From a virus (Duplodnaviria; Caudoviricetes): 64,000 bases of DNA. The stretch is from IMG/VR virus record IMGVR_UViG_3300025838_000032, positions 1-64,000 of that record; one strand, written 5' to 3'. Made by a program: the position numbers and the translations under genes. Below are positions 1-7,470 of this stretch, piece by piece. The notes beneath the pieces were generated by a model. It worked only from the letters and a program-made list of their open reading frames with translations, was not told the DNA's origin and searched no databases. The first letter of the stretch is position 1; each line of letters starts with the position of its first letter.

Positions 1-9
1 CTAAATCTG

Positions 10-77
10 TGCAAGATTCTGCATTATTGCGAAGTATGCAGGATTCTGCACTATACTGAGTAGTGCGAGATTCTGCA
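10..77. repeat. Three copies of TGC(A/G)(A/G)GATTCTGCA at an exact 27-bp period
   Basis: Copies at 10-23, 37-50 and 64-77; near-palindromic TGCA-N6-TGCA. May continue left of the window. Confidence 0.7.
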
Positions 78-285
78 CTCTTAGAGATCTTGGGAAGGGA
101 CCTGACGATGCTGATTAAGACCACACGCCAGGGTTGTTCTTCAATAATTCACGACGAGCATCAACTTCTTCCTTGCTTGCCTGCTCCCTCTTCCGAGCCG
201 GTGGTGTGGCTTGCTTCAAAATGCTTTCCATTTTGTTTTCTCCTTGTTTAGGTGGGCCCGTTGATGGTGGAGCCCATACCATTTA

Positions 286-855
286 TTACTTACAGCTGCC
301 CATGTCCAAACTCCATTCTGGATACAGGCTGTTGTTTCTGTGGTAATACCACAATGCCACAGTGCTTTGTTGGTCACCCGTGGCATGGTATGCCTTTGTA
401 GGTAGCCCAGGTATGTTTTCCCTAGCGTATCCCCATATGTATGAGGTGAACTGATACCAACCCCCGCCCTTTGTATCATCAGGCTCAGGTTCATTCATGT
501 GGTTACGACTCTCGTAATACCTAACACACGCAAAGATTTCTTGCACGTGCAAAGTTTGTTTCCACATAGGATCAGTCGCGTCGGGCCATGTGGCTGTTGA
601 GCCGTGTGATCTCGTATCCCATTGCTTCAGCACTGATGGCATTGATGCTGCCCGAATAACTCTGGGCTGTGCCTTACTATACCACTGCAAATTCTTGCTG
701 GTGATATCAGGAGTCATACCTGTCACATACTTAGCAGCAACCTGAGTGGCAGTGGCGGGCACTGGTGTATCAAGTGTATTGCCTGAAGTGTGTAGCATAA
801 CTACTGTGCTTGTGACAAAGGACGCTGAGATACACAACTTTCGCAGTGTACTCAT
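286..855 (-). CDS. Rpf-like / lysozyme-fold lytic transglycosylase with hydrophobic N-terminus
   Basis: SD AAGGAG. C-terminal FACVRYYES...GGGWYQFT..IW...A..ATGDQQ..VA....PEW...C matches the Rpf/transglycosylase pattern (CES..GG.YQF..TW..A..A..QI.VA..W..C), with the catalytic Glu in YES. Confidence 0.65.
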   Translation of the reverse strand: MSTLRKLCISASFVTSTVVMLHTSGNTLDTPVPATATQVAAKYVTGMTPDITSKNLQWYSKAQPRVIRAASMPSVLKQWDTRSHGSTATWPDATDPMWKQTLHVQEIFACVRYYESRNHMNEPEPDDTKGGGWYQFTSYIWGYARENIPGLPTKAYHATGDQQSTVALWYYHRNNSLYPEWSLDMGSCK

Positions 856-956
856 GTACCTTGCTCCTTCCTTTTGTACTGCATTGGGTACTGCTGGGAT
901 TATTCATCCCTTCGGGCCATGGAGTATATAATACTCTCCATGACCCTGAGCAATGA

Positions 957-1286
957 TCAATCACTTTCTTCAATACATTCATGTTCATTAAACCAATTTC
1001 TGGCTGTTCTGAATGTACCGCTTTTTTCTTTTTGACAAATCCCACAATGCACACTGAAATCATGCCATGGCAACCGACGACTATGCTTCCAATTGTATAT
1101 AATAAGTGGAAAATCTAAGTAATCATTATAAGGCAGCTTTAACGTCTTACAATGCTTACACCAAAGTGGCAGTGCCCACAACACTCGTGGGTTCAACCAA
1201 CCTGGCAAATCACGATGGATGTCAAATGTGGTATGACAATTAGGGCAACGATGAGGTTTGTCATTGTTAGCCTTCTTGATTTTCAT
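957..1286 (-). CDS. Hypothetical protein with CxxC pairs (zinc-binding)
   Basis: GGAGG SD before ATG at 1286; CPNC, CKHC and CGIC motifs. Confidence 0.7.
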   Translation of the reverse strand: MKIKKANNDKPHRCPNCHTTFDIHRDLPGWLNPRVLWALPLWCKHCKTLKLPYNDYLDFPLIIYNWKHSRRLPWHDFSVHCGICQKEKSGTFRTARNWFNEHECIEESD

Positions 1287-1443
1287 TTGCCTCCTTTGGT
1301 ATCGCATGACCAGGCACGTTGTGCACAACATGGTTGTGATTGCTCCAGTCTTTACGAGCTTCTTCGTGATCAAATCTCACAAAACCCTTAGCTGGAGGTT
1401 CATGCCATTCACAAATGAACTGATATTTAGTGCGCTTAGCCAC
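1267..1443 (-). CDS. Small hypothetical protein (58 aa, MAKRTKYQFICEWHEPP...)
   Basis: GTG start overlaps the upstream TAG; fills the gap between neighbours; below the ORF-track cutoff. Confidence 0.5.
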   Translation of the reverse strand: MAKRTKYQFICEWHEPPAKGFVRFDHEEARKDWSNHNHVVHNVPGHAIPKEANENQEG

Positions 1444-1526
1444 TAGCGTCTCTTCTTTGAGACATTCTCAACACATATGCAAATGAGCCAAATGATCACA
1501 ACGATGGCAAACCAATTAATCGTCAT
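1443..1526 (-). CDS. 27-aa hydrophobic peptide (MTINWFAIVVIIWLICICVENVSKKRR)
   Basis: Overlaps neighbours at both ends; one TM-like stretch followed by a basic tail. Confidence 0.45.
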   Translation of the reverse strand: MTINWFAIVVIIWLICICVENVSKKRR

Positions 1527-1851
1527 CAACTTGCTTGTTGAGATCAACCACAATAGACTCAATGCGCTCAATCTCATCGATTTGTTCTTGAGTCAATGCC
1601 ACCTTGTCCATCAGCCAACACACTTCACCAATGCTTGTATTCAAGTCATTGTCAACGTCCAAGAATACATAAATCTCTTCTGGAACAATTTCAACAACCT
1701 GATGATAAGGAGAACGAGCAAGACGATTGTCAGCCCATTCTTTCATGGTGAATGTACCATTGTATGAACGACCAAAACTGCTCACCGTCCCTTGATTGAT
1801 ACCAATCACGTACAAATAGTGAACAGGCTGATCGTTTTCAACTGTTGTCAT
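1516..1851 (-). CDS. Hypothetical protein
   Basis: 111-aa ORF with AAGGAG SD, in an operon-like arrangement. Confidence 0.7.
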   Translation of the reverse strand: MTTVENDQPVHYLYVIGINQGTVSSFGRSYNGTFTMKEWADNRLARSPYHQVVEIVPEEIYVFLDVDNDLNTSIGEVCWLMDKVALTQEQIDEIERIESIVVDLNKQVDDD

Positions 1852-1945
1852 TCTTTCTCCTTCTTTTTAGTGGGAAACAATCTCCCGATTGGTAGTCCCA
1901 TCGAGCCACCCAATAATAATCCATTGGGTGACTCTGTGGAAGCAT
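1838..1945 (-). CDS. Small hypothetical protein (35 aa, MLPQSHPMDYYWVARWDY...)
   Basis: ATG overlaps the upstream stop (TGATG); fills the gap. Confidence 0.4.
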   Translation of the reverse strand: MLPQSHPMDYYWVARWDYQSGDCFPLKRRRKNDNS

Positions 1946-2196
1946 CAATCGTACAGCTTGGCCCACACATTGAATGAACTGAGATCAGTCTTTGAATTGC
2001 GGTACTTCTTGATCTTTTCAATGATTTCATCGGCTCTTCCGAACGCTACTTCTAGCATCTCCGGAGTGAAGGGGATGTCTTCGATTTTCTTGATTTCTTC
2101 CCTCATCCTCTCCACAGAGAGCAAGAACGTGCCGGTGATGATTGACAACTCATCATCATCAAAACCAGCATCGATCAATCTCTGAGTGTTCAGCAT
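1945..2196 (-). CDS. Hypothetical protein
   Basis: 83-aa ORF, SD AAAGGA. Confidence 0.7.
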   Translation of the reverse strand: MLNTQRLIDAGFDDDELSIITGTFLLSVERMREEIKKIEDIPFTPEMLEVAFGRADEIIEKIKKYRNSKTDLSSFNVWAKLYD

Positions 2197-2299
2197 TTTA
2201 TTTCCTTTCTTGTTAGAGGCTAATCAATCTCACGATTGTTTAACCCATCGGCCCACCGGATCGCTATAACTCGGTGAGCCTGTGGATCAATCAATCATT
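2197..2299 (-). promoter_or_regulatory. Repeated intergenic cassette, copy A
   Basis: TGATTGATTGA, then a hairpin, then a 25-bp block identical to copy B (2221-2245 = 2707-2731), an A-rich linker and an SD. Confidence 0.75.
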
Positions 2300-2669
2300 G
2301 AATGTATCCATCGCGCGTGGGGCTATACAAATCCACGTGCTGATTGACTAACAGATGGAAGAACGACCAGTTGATCTTCATGGTATGGCAGCTGTTCATG
2401 TGCTTGACTTCCACGAGCTGATAGAACTGACGCTCTTCCTTCTTGATACTGCGGAAGAAATCGAATGCCTGATCCTGTGCGTCGTGTTCAGGTACCCACA
2501 ACTTATTCACAGGAATGGTAACGAGATGCCTCCATGTACCACCGCTGGGGGCAGCTTCAATCTCCACACCGGCGAGCACATCCCACAAGTCAAACATACC
2601 AACGTGGATATGCCGAACTGACCCTGCAGTCTCGTACTTGAAGCACGCACTCTCAATTGCAGTTAACAT
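2295..2669 (-). CDS. Hypothetical protein
   Basis: 124-aa ORF, SD AAGGAG. Confidence 0.7.
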   Translation of the reverse strand: MLTAIESACFKYETAGSVRHIHVGMFDLWDVLAGVEIEAAPSGGTWRHLVTIPVNKLWVPEHDAQDQAFDFFRSIKKEERQFYQLVEVKHMNSCHTMKINWSFFHLLVNQHVDLYSPTRDGYIQ

Positions 2670-2786
2670 ACTTACTCCTTCTTGTTTGGTTTACTTACTA
2701 ATGAGTTAATCAATCTCACGATTGTTTAACCTAGGGGTAGTACGAACTAGTGTTCGGCTCGTACTACCGAAGGTCAATCAATCATT
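2670..2786 (-). promoter_or_regulatory. Repeated intergenic cassette, copy B
   Basis: Same order as copy A; the 13-mer TCAATCAATCATT occurs at 2287-2299 and 2774-2786; hairpin GGTAGTACGA/TCGTACTACC. Confidence 0.75.
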
Positions 2787-3063
2787 TGTCCACACCATAT
2801 AGCCTACGTTGGACAACAATGAATGCCTCGAGCACTCTCAAGAGATTGAGTTCAGCATCGCCTATCGGTCCGAGAGCATCCCAGTCATCATTCATCCATA
2901 GCTTTGTTCTCTCCATCGCTTTCAACAATTGTTCATCGCTGAGAAGAGAAATCATTACGTATGGATGACACTCACTCCTGTACTCACACTCGGGGCATCC
3001 ATCGTGCCAGATCTGGCGAGGATCATACCCCTCCAAATCCTCATGGTATACATGACTACCCAT
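2782..3063 (-). CDS. Hypothetical protein
   Basis: 93-aa ORF, SD AGGAG, HDGCPEC motif. Confidence 0.7.
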   Translation of the reverse strand: MGSHVYHEDLEGYDPRQIWHDGCPECEYRSECHPYVMISLLSDEQLLKAMERTKLWMNDDWDALGPIGDAELNLLRVLEAFIVVQRRLYGVDK

Positions 3064-3097
3064 TTATTTCTCCTTTTCTGTTGCCAATCTCCAGGCT

Positions 3098-3301
3098 TCA
3101 TACTGATTCCACCGTCATCTTCCTGATCTCGTAGTTGTAGACAGGATTGTCCGGGTCTTCCTGGGTGATCTCCTCACAACGTGCTTCAACCCACCAAGCT
3201 ACGCAGTGAGTCTCGATGTAGAACAGCATCCATCCATCCTCGAGAACGTTGCTCGGGCAGGCATTGGCCAGGATCTTGTTCATCGCGTCAGCGGTGCCCA
3301 T
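3098..3301 (-). CDS. Hypothetical protein
   Basis: 67-aa ORF directly after the upstream TAG. Confidence 0.6.
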   Translation of the reverse strand: MGTADAMNKILANACPSNVLEDGWMLFYIETHCVAWWVEARCEEITQEDPDNPVYNYEIRKMTVESV

Positions 3302-3412
3302 CTACTTCACCTTCTTCCAAACGTGAGTCTCCTCGTCCCACACCTGCTTGGGGCGGGGGAAGTCTCGCTGCCCACTGTTCTTGAAGTTACGGTTGTGCTT
3401 CTTACTTGCCAC
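3302..3412 (-). CDS. Small basic protein (36 aa, MASKKHNRNFKNSGQRDFPRPKQVW...)
   Basis: GAGG SD, GTG start, biased codons (aag, aac, ttc, gag). Confidence 0.55.
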   Translation of the reverse strand: MASKKHNRNFKNSGQRDFPRPKQVWDEETHVWKKVK

Positions 3413-3495
3413 TTTTCCTCCTATGTTATCCTACATTTCATTGTAGGCCACGCACTATTGACCTAAGCCAATAGTGAATGGTATACCTTGAAACA

Positions 3496-3912
3496 TTACC
3501 ACGTGGGATCTACCGTGGTCAGAACCACAGTAAAAACTGCATTGTGGAGCTTCATCTCGTAATTCTTGTGTTCCTGAGCATCTTCCCGCTTGATGTAGTG
3601 CCGGTAGAGGGGTATACGACTGCTGTGAGCAAAGCAACTCCAAGCTCCGTAGAACCCCTCGGGGTCGGGGATAACCTCCTCCATCCATTGATCCTTCTCA
3701 CCACGTCTGACCAATTCCTCCTGTCCGGGAGAGAATATATAATTGAACTCATGGCACAGACGGAACGGGTAATCCTCCCACCTCAAGCCCTGATACATCA
3801 ATCGGCTGGAGACGTGAGCAATCACGGCGGGGAAACTGGAAAAGACACCCAAAAAACGGGAATCTATCCTTTCCCCATACTCCTCACCATCTAGGAATAG
3901 AGTGAATAACAT
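3496..3912 (-). CDS. Hypothetical protein
   Basis: ORF with GAAAGGA SD before ATG at 3912. Confidence 0.7.
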   Translation of the reverse strand: MLFTLFLDGEEYGERIDSRFLGVFSSFPAVIAHVSSRLMYQGLRWEDYPFRLCHEFNYIFSPGQEELVRRGEKDQWMEEVIPDPEGFYGAWSCFAHSSRIPLYRHYIKREDAQEHKNYEMKLHNAVFTVVLTTVDPTW

Positions 3913-3949
3913 ATTTTTGTTTCCTTTCTGAGTTATCATGTGTTAGACA

Positions 3950-4660
3950 TACTCAATAGACTCAATAGACTCAATAGAGAGTATAATGAATACTCAATAG
4001 ACTAAATAATGAATAGAGAATAATGAATAAAGAATAATGAATACAGAATAAAGAGTATACAGAGTATGCCCATAATGCTCCACTTTGTACCACTATGCTC
4101 CACAAATAGTAATAGGGTGACATACAGGTGTGAATAAGAGAGAAAATGGAGAACTGGGCTCTCTCTACACTTACATTATACCTGATCAGAATACATTTAT
4201 GAATAAGCTATTATTAGCCTACTTATATCACTTATGACTCATGAATAAGCTATTCTTGCATATTTATGCATTCTCATGAATAAAGCGGAGCAATACCCCC
4301 CTCTGAGGGGTGCCTTTTTGCATATTTATGCATTCTCATCATGAGCCTATGAAATAGCATGCTCAGTAAGCTAGTATTATGCTATAAGTAATCTACATTA
4401 TTGGCCTATAAAAGCGGGGAAAAGCATGAGATATAACTACTTACTCATCAGTAACTCTCAAATTAAGCTAGTATTATGCCTATATTATGCTAATAAATAG
4501 AGTATATAAATAGCTTATAATATATAGCTTAGAGACAGTGTAATACTACTCTTGAATTAAAGGATGAATAAAACTCTCTAATTTATTTTATGTCTAAGTA
4601 GTCTGCTACGCCTCCCCGGATTATATATACTTATTATTACTTATATATATACTCAAGGAG
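3950..4660. repeat. AT-rich non-coding region with several short direct-repeat families
   Basis: ACTCAATAG repeated; AATGAATA and ATGAATAAGCTA repeated; TTGCATATTTATGCATTCTCAT at 4256-4277 and 4318-4339; AAGCTAGTATTATGC twice; no ORF. Confidence 0.75.
4290..4319 (+). terminator. Possible intrinsic terminator
   Basis: Imperfect GC stem (GCA..CCCC/GGGGTGC) followed by TTTTT. Confidence 0.3.
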
Positions 4661-4674
4661 GAATAGCCTAGCAC

Positions 4675-4977
4675 TTAGCTAAGAGCTTCCCGCGTTATCT
4701 CATCTAATGATGACTTGGGAAAGAGGACGAAGGATACCTTCTTCACGCCGTGCTTCTTGTGTTGGAGAAGGGCGCTCCCGCCCCAGTAGAGCTTCCATCC
4801 CTCTTCGGGAAGGTCCATCCACTCTTCCAGACAGTTGAGAGCCTGAGAGAGAGACGTGAACGTCTGGGACATGATGCTCCCCTTGCGCCTGCGCAGGAAT
4901 TTCTTCTCATCCACGTAGACGTAGAAGATGTCATCTTCCCAGAGATCAATCTCCTCTTGAATGTCTTTAATGGTCAT
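4675..4977 (-). CDS. Hypothetical protein
   Basis: 100-aa ORF, SD AAAGGA. Confidence 0.7.
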   Translation of the reverse strand: MTIKDIQEEIDLWEDDIFYVYVDEKKFLRRRKGSIMSQTFTSLSQALNCLEEWMDLPEEGWKLYWGGSALLQHKKHGVKKVSFVLFPKSSLDEITREALS

Positions 4978-5124
4978 TGGTACATTCCTTTCTTTCTTTC
5001 TTATTGATTTGAACTAATGTCTCCCGACATAGTCCCACACATTCCATTCGATGGGACACACGTATAACCTGTGATGTGTGGGTGGGCATTTTAACGTCAT
5101 ACCCAGGACGTGTACTACGGGGTG
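4978..5124 (-). promoter_or_regulatory. Structured intergenic element ending in a GGGA-tetraloop hairpin
   Basis: Minus strand: CCCACACAT/ATGTGTGGG stem enclosing two small hairpins, then ATGTC-GGGA-GACAT (5017-5030), an A-rich linker and an SD. Confidence 0.55.
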
Positions 5125-5895
5125 CTACTCCTGCGACTCAGTCGCCGCCGCAGGGGACTCCGCCTTGATGGCCTTGAAGACGTTCAAGAACAGAGCCTGC
5201 TGGTCCTCGCAGATGGACTCGACGAACGCCTGGTCCATGTCGTTGAGGAGCTCAACGTAGCGGTCCACCACGCCAGTGGCGTAGATGCGGTTCTGCAGGT
5301 CGTCGTACACCGAAGTGACGCCGAGTGCGACCGGGACACGCTTCCCGTTCTTCAAGGTGTAGAACTGCTGAGCAGCCCTGTCCTTGACGAACAGCTTGAG
5401 CTTGCGCTGAGCACCATTCTTGCGCTCGAGCCCCGACCACGGGCTGAAGACACCAGCCGTGACGAAGTGGTAGCGACGCAGAACCTCGAAGTACTGACGA
5501 CCGTTGCCGTCCGTCAGGAGCTCCGAGTTGATCTGCAGCTGCTTCCGAGCCTTGGAGTAGCGCCCAGCGTACACCAACGCACGCGTCACGATTGACGAAG
5601 ACTTGATGATCTTCGTGACCTCGCTGACGTGCTGACCGTACTGCAGGTCGGTGGTCGTGAAGATGTCGAACGTACGACCGATGTCGTAGTTGTTCTCCTT
5701 CCGTGCCCTTCCCTGCGCCGACCCCAACACCTGCAACACGGAGATGCCTCCGAGTGCGAGGAGCTGCGTGGAGTCCACGAGCATGTCGTGTTCCGCGCTG
5801 GCCGTCTCTGAGTCGATTCCGAAGGCAGTGGACGCGATGGTCCGTGCCTCTTCCTCGCTCATGAGGTCGTCGGTGATGATGTTGAACTGTGACAT
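5125..5895 (-). CDS. Hypothetical protein, probably highly expressed
   Basis: About 256-aa ORF; SD GAAAGGTG before MSQF; strongly C/G-ending codons. Confidence 0.8.
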   Translation of the reverse strand: MSQFNIITDDLMSEEEARTIASTAFGIDSETASAEHDMLVDSTQLLALGGISVLQVLGSAQGRARKENNYDIGRTFDIFTTTDLQYGQHVSEVTKIIKSSSIVTRALVYAGRYSKARKQLQINSELLTDGNGRQYFEVLRRYHFVTAGVFSPWSGLERKNGAQRKLKLFVKDRAAQQFYTLKNGKRVPVALGVTSVYDDLQNRIYATGVVDRYVELLNDMDQAFVESICEDQQALFLNVFKAIKAESPAAATESQE

Positions 5896-5968
5896 AATGC
5901 CACCTTTCATTGTTTGTTTACATCAGTTCCGCTGATGTGCCGGAATGTACCACATATGTGATACATCG

Positions 5969-6023
5969 TGCTCCAGGGTAGACTCGAACCACCAACTACT
6001 CCACCAACTGCTGGATCTGGAGC
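5969..6023 (-). ncRNA. tRNA-like element lacking the anticodon arm
   Basis: Acceptor GCTCCAG/CTGGAGC plus A; D-like arm TCCA-GCAGTTGG-TGGA; T-arm GGTGG-TTCGAGT-CTACC; only a GTAGTT linker where the anticodon arm should be. Confidence 0.6.
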
Positions 6024-6037
6024 GACCCACTGCGGTA

Positions 6038-6238
6038 CTACTTGCTCATGATCTCGATGAGGTCCTTCTTCTCACGACCGAATCGTCCCACGAACGCGCG
6101 ACGGTACTGACGTGCCGTTGCCTTGTTGTACACGATGTGACCCTTGTCGTCCCTCGTGACCTTCGCAATCGTGGTCCTGAGGTACGGCTTGGCGGGAATG
6201 CCCGCCGAGATGACACCGTGCACCTGAACATCTGCCAT
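6038..6238 (-). CDS. Small basic hypothetical protein
   Basis: 66-aa ORF, SD AAGGAG, biased codons. Confidence 0.75.
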   Translation of the reverse strand: MADVQVHGVISAGIPAKPYLRTTIAKVTRDDKGHIVYNKATARQYRRAFVGRFGREKKDLIEIMSK

Positions 6239-6330
6239 AATAGGCTCCTTACTTGGTTGTTATTGTGCTAATGTCTCACGACATGGCACGCCCCACTCAC
6301 GGGGAGAGTATGAGTGAGGAATGCCCTGCA
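6239..6330 (-). promoter_or_regulatory. Structured intergenic element ending in a GTGA-tetraloop hairpin
   Basis: Long hairpin GCATTCCTCACTCA/TGAGTGGGGCGTGC, then ATGTC-GTGA-GACAT (6271-6284). The 17-mer 6268-6284 matches 5014-5030 at 16 of 17 positions. Confidence 0.55.
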
Positions 6331-7073
6331 TTGAGACTCTTACCGAGTCTTGCTGCTAGGTGATCTCGGCCTACGACGAGGGCTTGTCTTCCTCGATGAC
6401 GTTGACCGACTTGACGACGACATGGGCCATGCAGGGTTGGGGAATGTCCCCCTGTAGAGTGGCTTACTGTTGGTCGTCAGCTTGGGTAGGTTCATGATCT
6501 TTCACCTCCTTTCCTTACTAAAGTCGGACCATTCGATCACGGCTCCACGCACAATCACATTGGCATGATGTTCCATTGCGTAGTCACTGGGCCTTGTTGC
6601 GTCTATTGCAGCAACACGCTAACATGTGCATGGAGTGTTGTAACCAAAGATTCAATCAACAGTGCAACTATTATCGCATTCAGTCGCTCTGTGATTGTCT
6701 TGACTTACTGATTTGGTATGCGTTATCGTCAAGAAGTTCATAATCTTTCCCTTTTCTTGCTTTCAAACACGATCTAAGGCTTATCCTAGGATGTTACCTC
6801 AACATGAAATGCTAAGTGTATAATACAGATCCCCAGATACTAGTGAAATGTATATTTACTACTAATACAATAGACTAATATAATAGGGGTCCCATTATAT
6901 AGGGAGAAAGTGACTTTAAAAAATAGCGGGGCCCCCCCTTGGCCATTTTGAAATACTCTGTGCTATAATCAACATATAATGCGCCACTTCATCCTGGACT
7001 CAGATAGTGTAATAGCCCGTTGATTCTGAAGTAGGCAATAGAGAGTCAAGTGCGTATCTGCGGGAGAATAATC

Positions 7074-7298
7074 ATGAATTGGGACTACCGGTATTCTCAT
7101 CAAGAGATACAGTCTCCGGAGGAGGATGAAGCCACTCTGGGCCATCTCACCTCCGTTCAACATAACACGATGAATAAAGAGTTGTACCAACCCACCCGCA
7201 AAAATATCGTGGAATTGATGAAACTCCTGGGCCCCCAGGGATTGACGCGGGAGCATAGACTCCTGCATCTTCTCGCCCAGGATCATACTCACATCTAA
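7074..7298 (+). CDS. Hypothetical protein (MNWDYRYS...)
   Basis: GGAG SD before ATG at 7074. Confidence 0.6.
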   Translation: MNWDYRYSHQEIQSPEEDEATLGHLTSVQHNTMNKELYQPTRKNIVELMKLLGPQGLTREHRLLHLLAQDHTHI

Positions 7299-7338
7299 TT
7301 CTCTCTATTAATAAACTCTATTAATAAATAGGAATTAT

Positions 7339-7410
7339 AAATCTCTATCATGTATTATGTACTATGTATTGAGAATCAGAAATCTCTATCATGTATTGAG
7401 AATCAGAAAT
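7339..7410. repeat. Overlapping direct repeats in an AT-rich spacer
   Basis: AAATCTCTATCATGTATT at 7339 and 7380; ATGTATTGAGAATCAGAAAT at 7364 and 7391 (27 bp apart). Confidence 0.65.
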
Positions 7411-7470
7411 TCGGTAGTTAGAAGTAAATTAAACTAACAGTTGTACACAAACAAACATAAGGTTGTCCGC

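Noticed and set aside
3950-4660. CRISPR or mini-array
   Set aside because: Repeats are 8-22 bp, of several families, with irregular spacing; no constant repeat-spacer unit.
5110-5595. Long antisense ORFs (also 28571-29284, 36797-37345, 38573-39226)
   Set aside because: Shadows of strongly codon-biased genes on the opposite strand; no SD.
5969-6023. tmRNA tRNA-like domain
   Set aside because: No G3:U70 alanine determinant and no room for an mRNA-like domain between the arms.
6380-6496. Small ORF after a strong AGGAGGTG SD (MNLPKL..., 51 aa) with a better-looking alternative frame (AHVVVKSVNVIEEDKPSS)
   Set aside because: Could be a frameshifted or mis-assembled small gene, but the frame cannot be decided from the sequence.
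6524-6550. Group II intron domain V-like GAGCCGTG on the minus strand
   Set aside because: The following stem is too short, with no domain VI, reverse transcriptase or interrupted gene.
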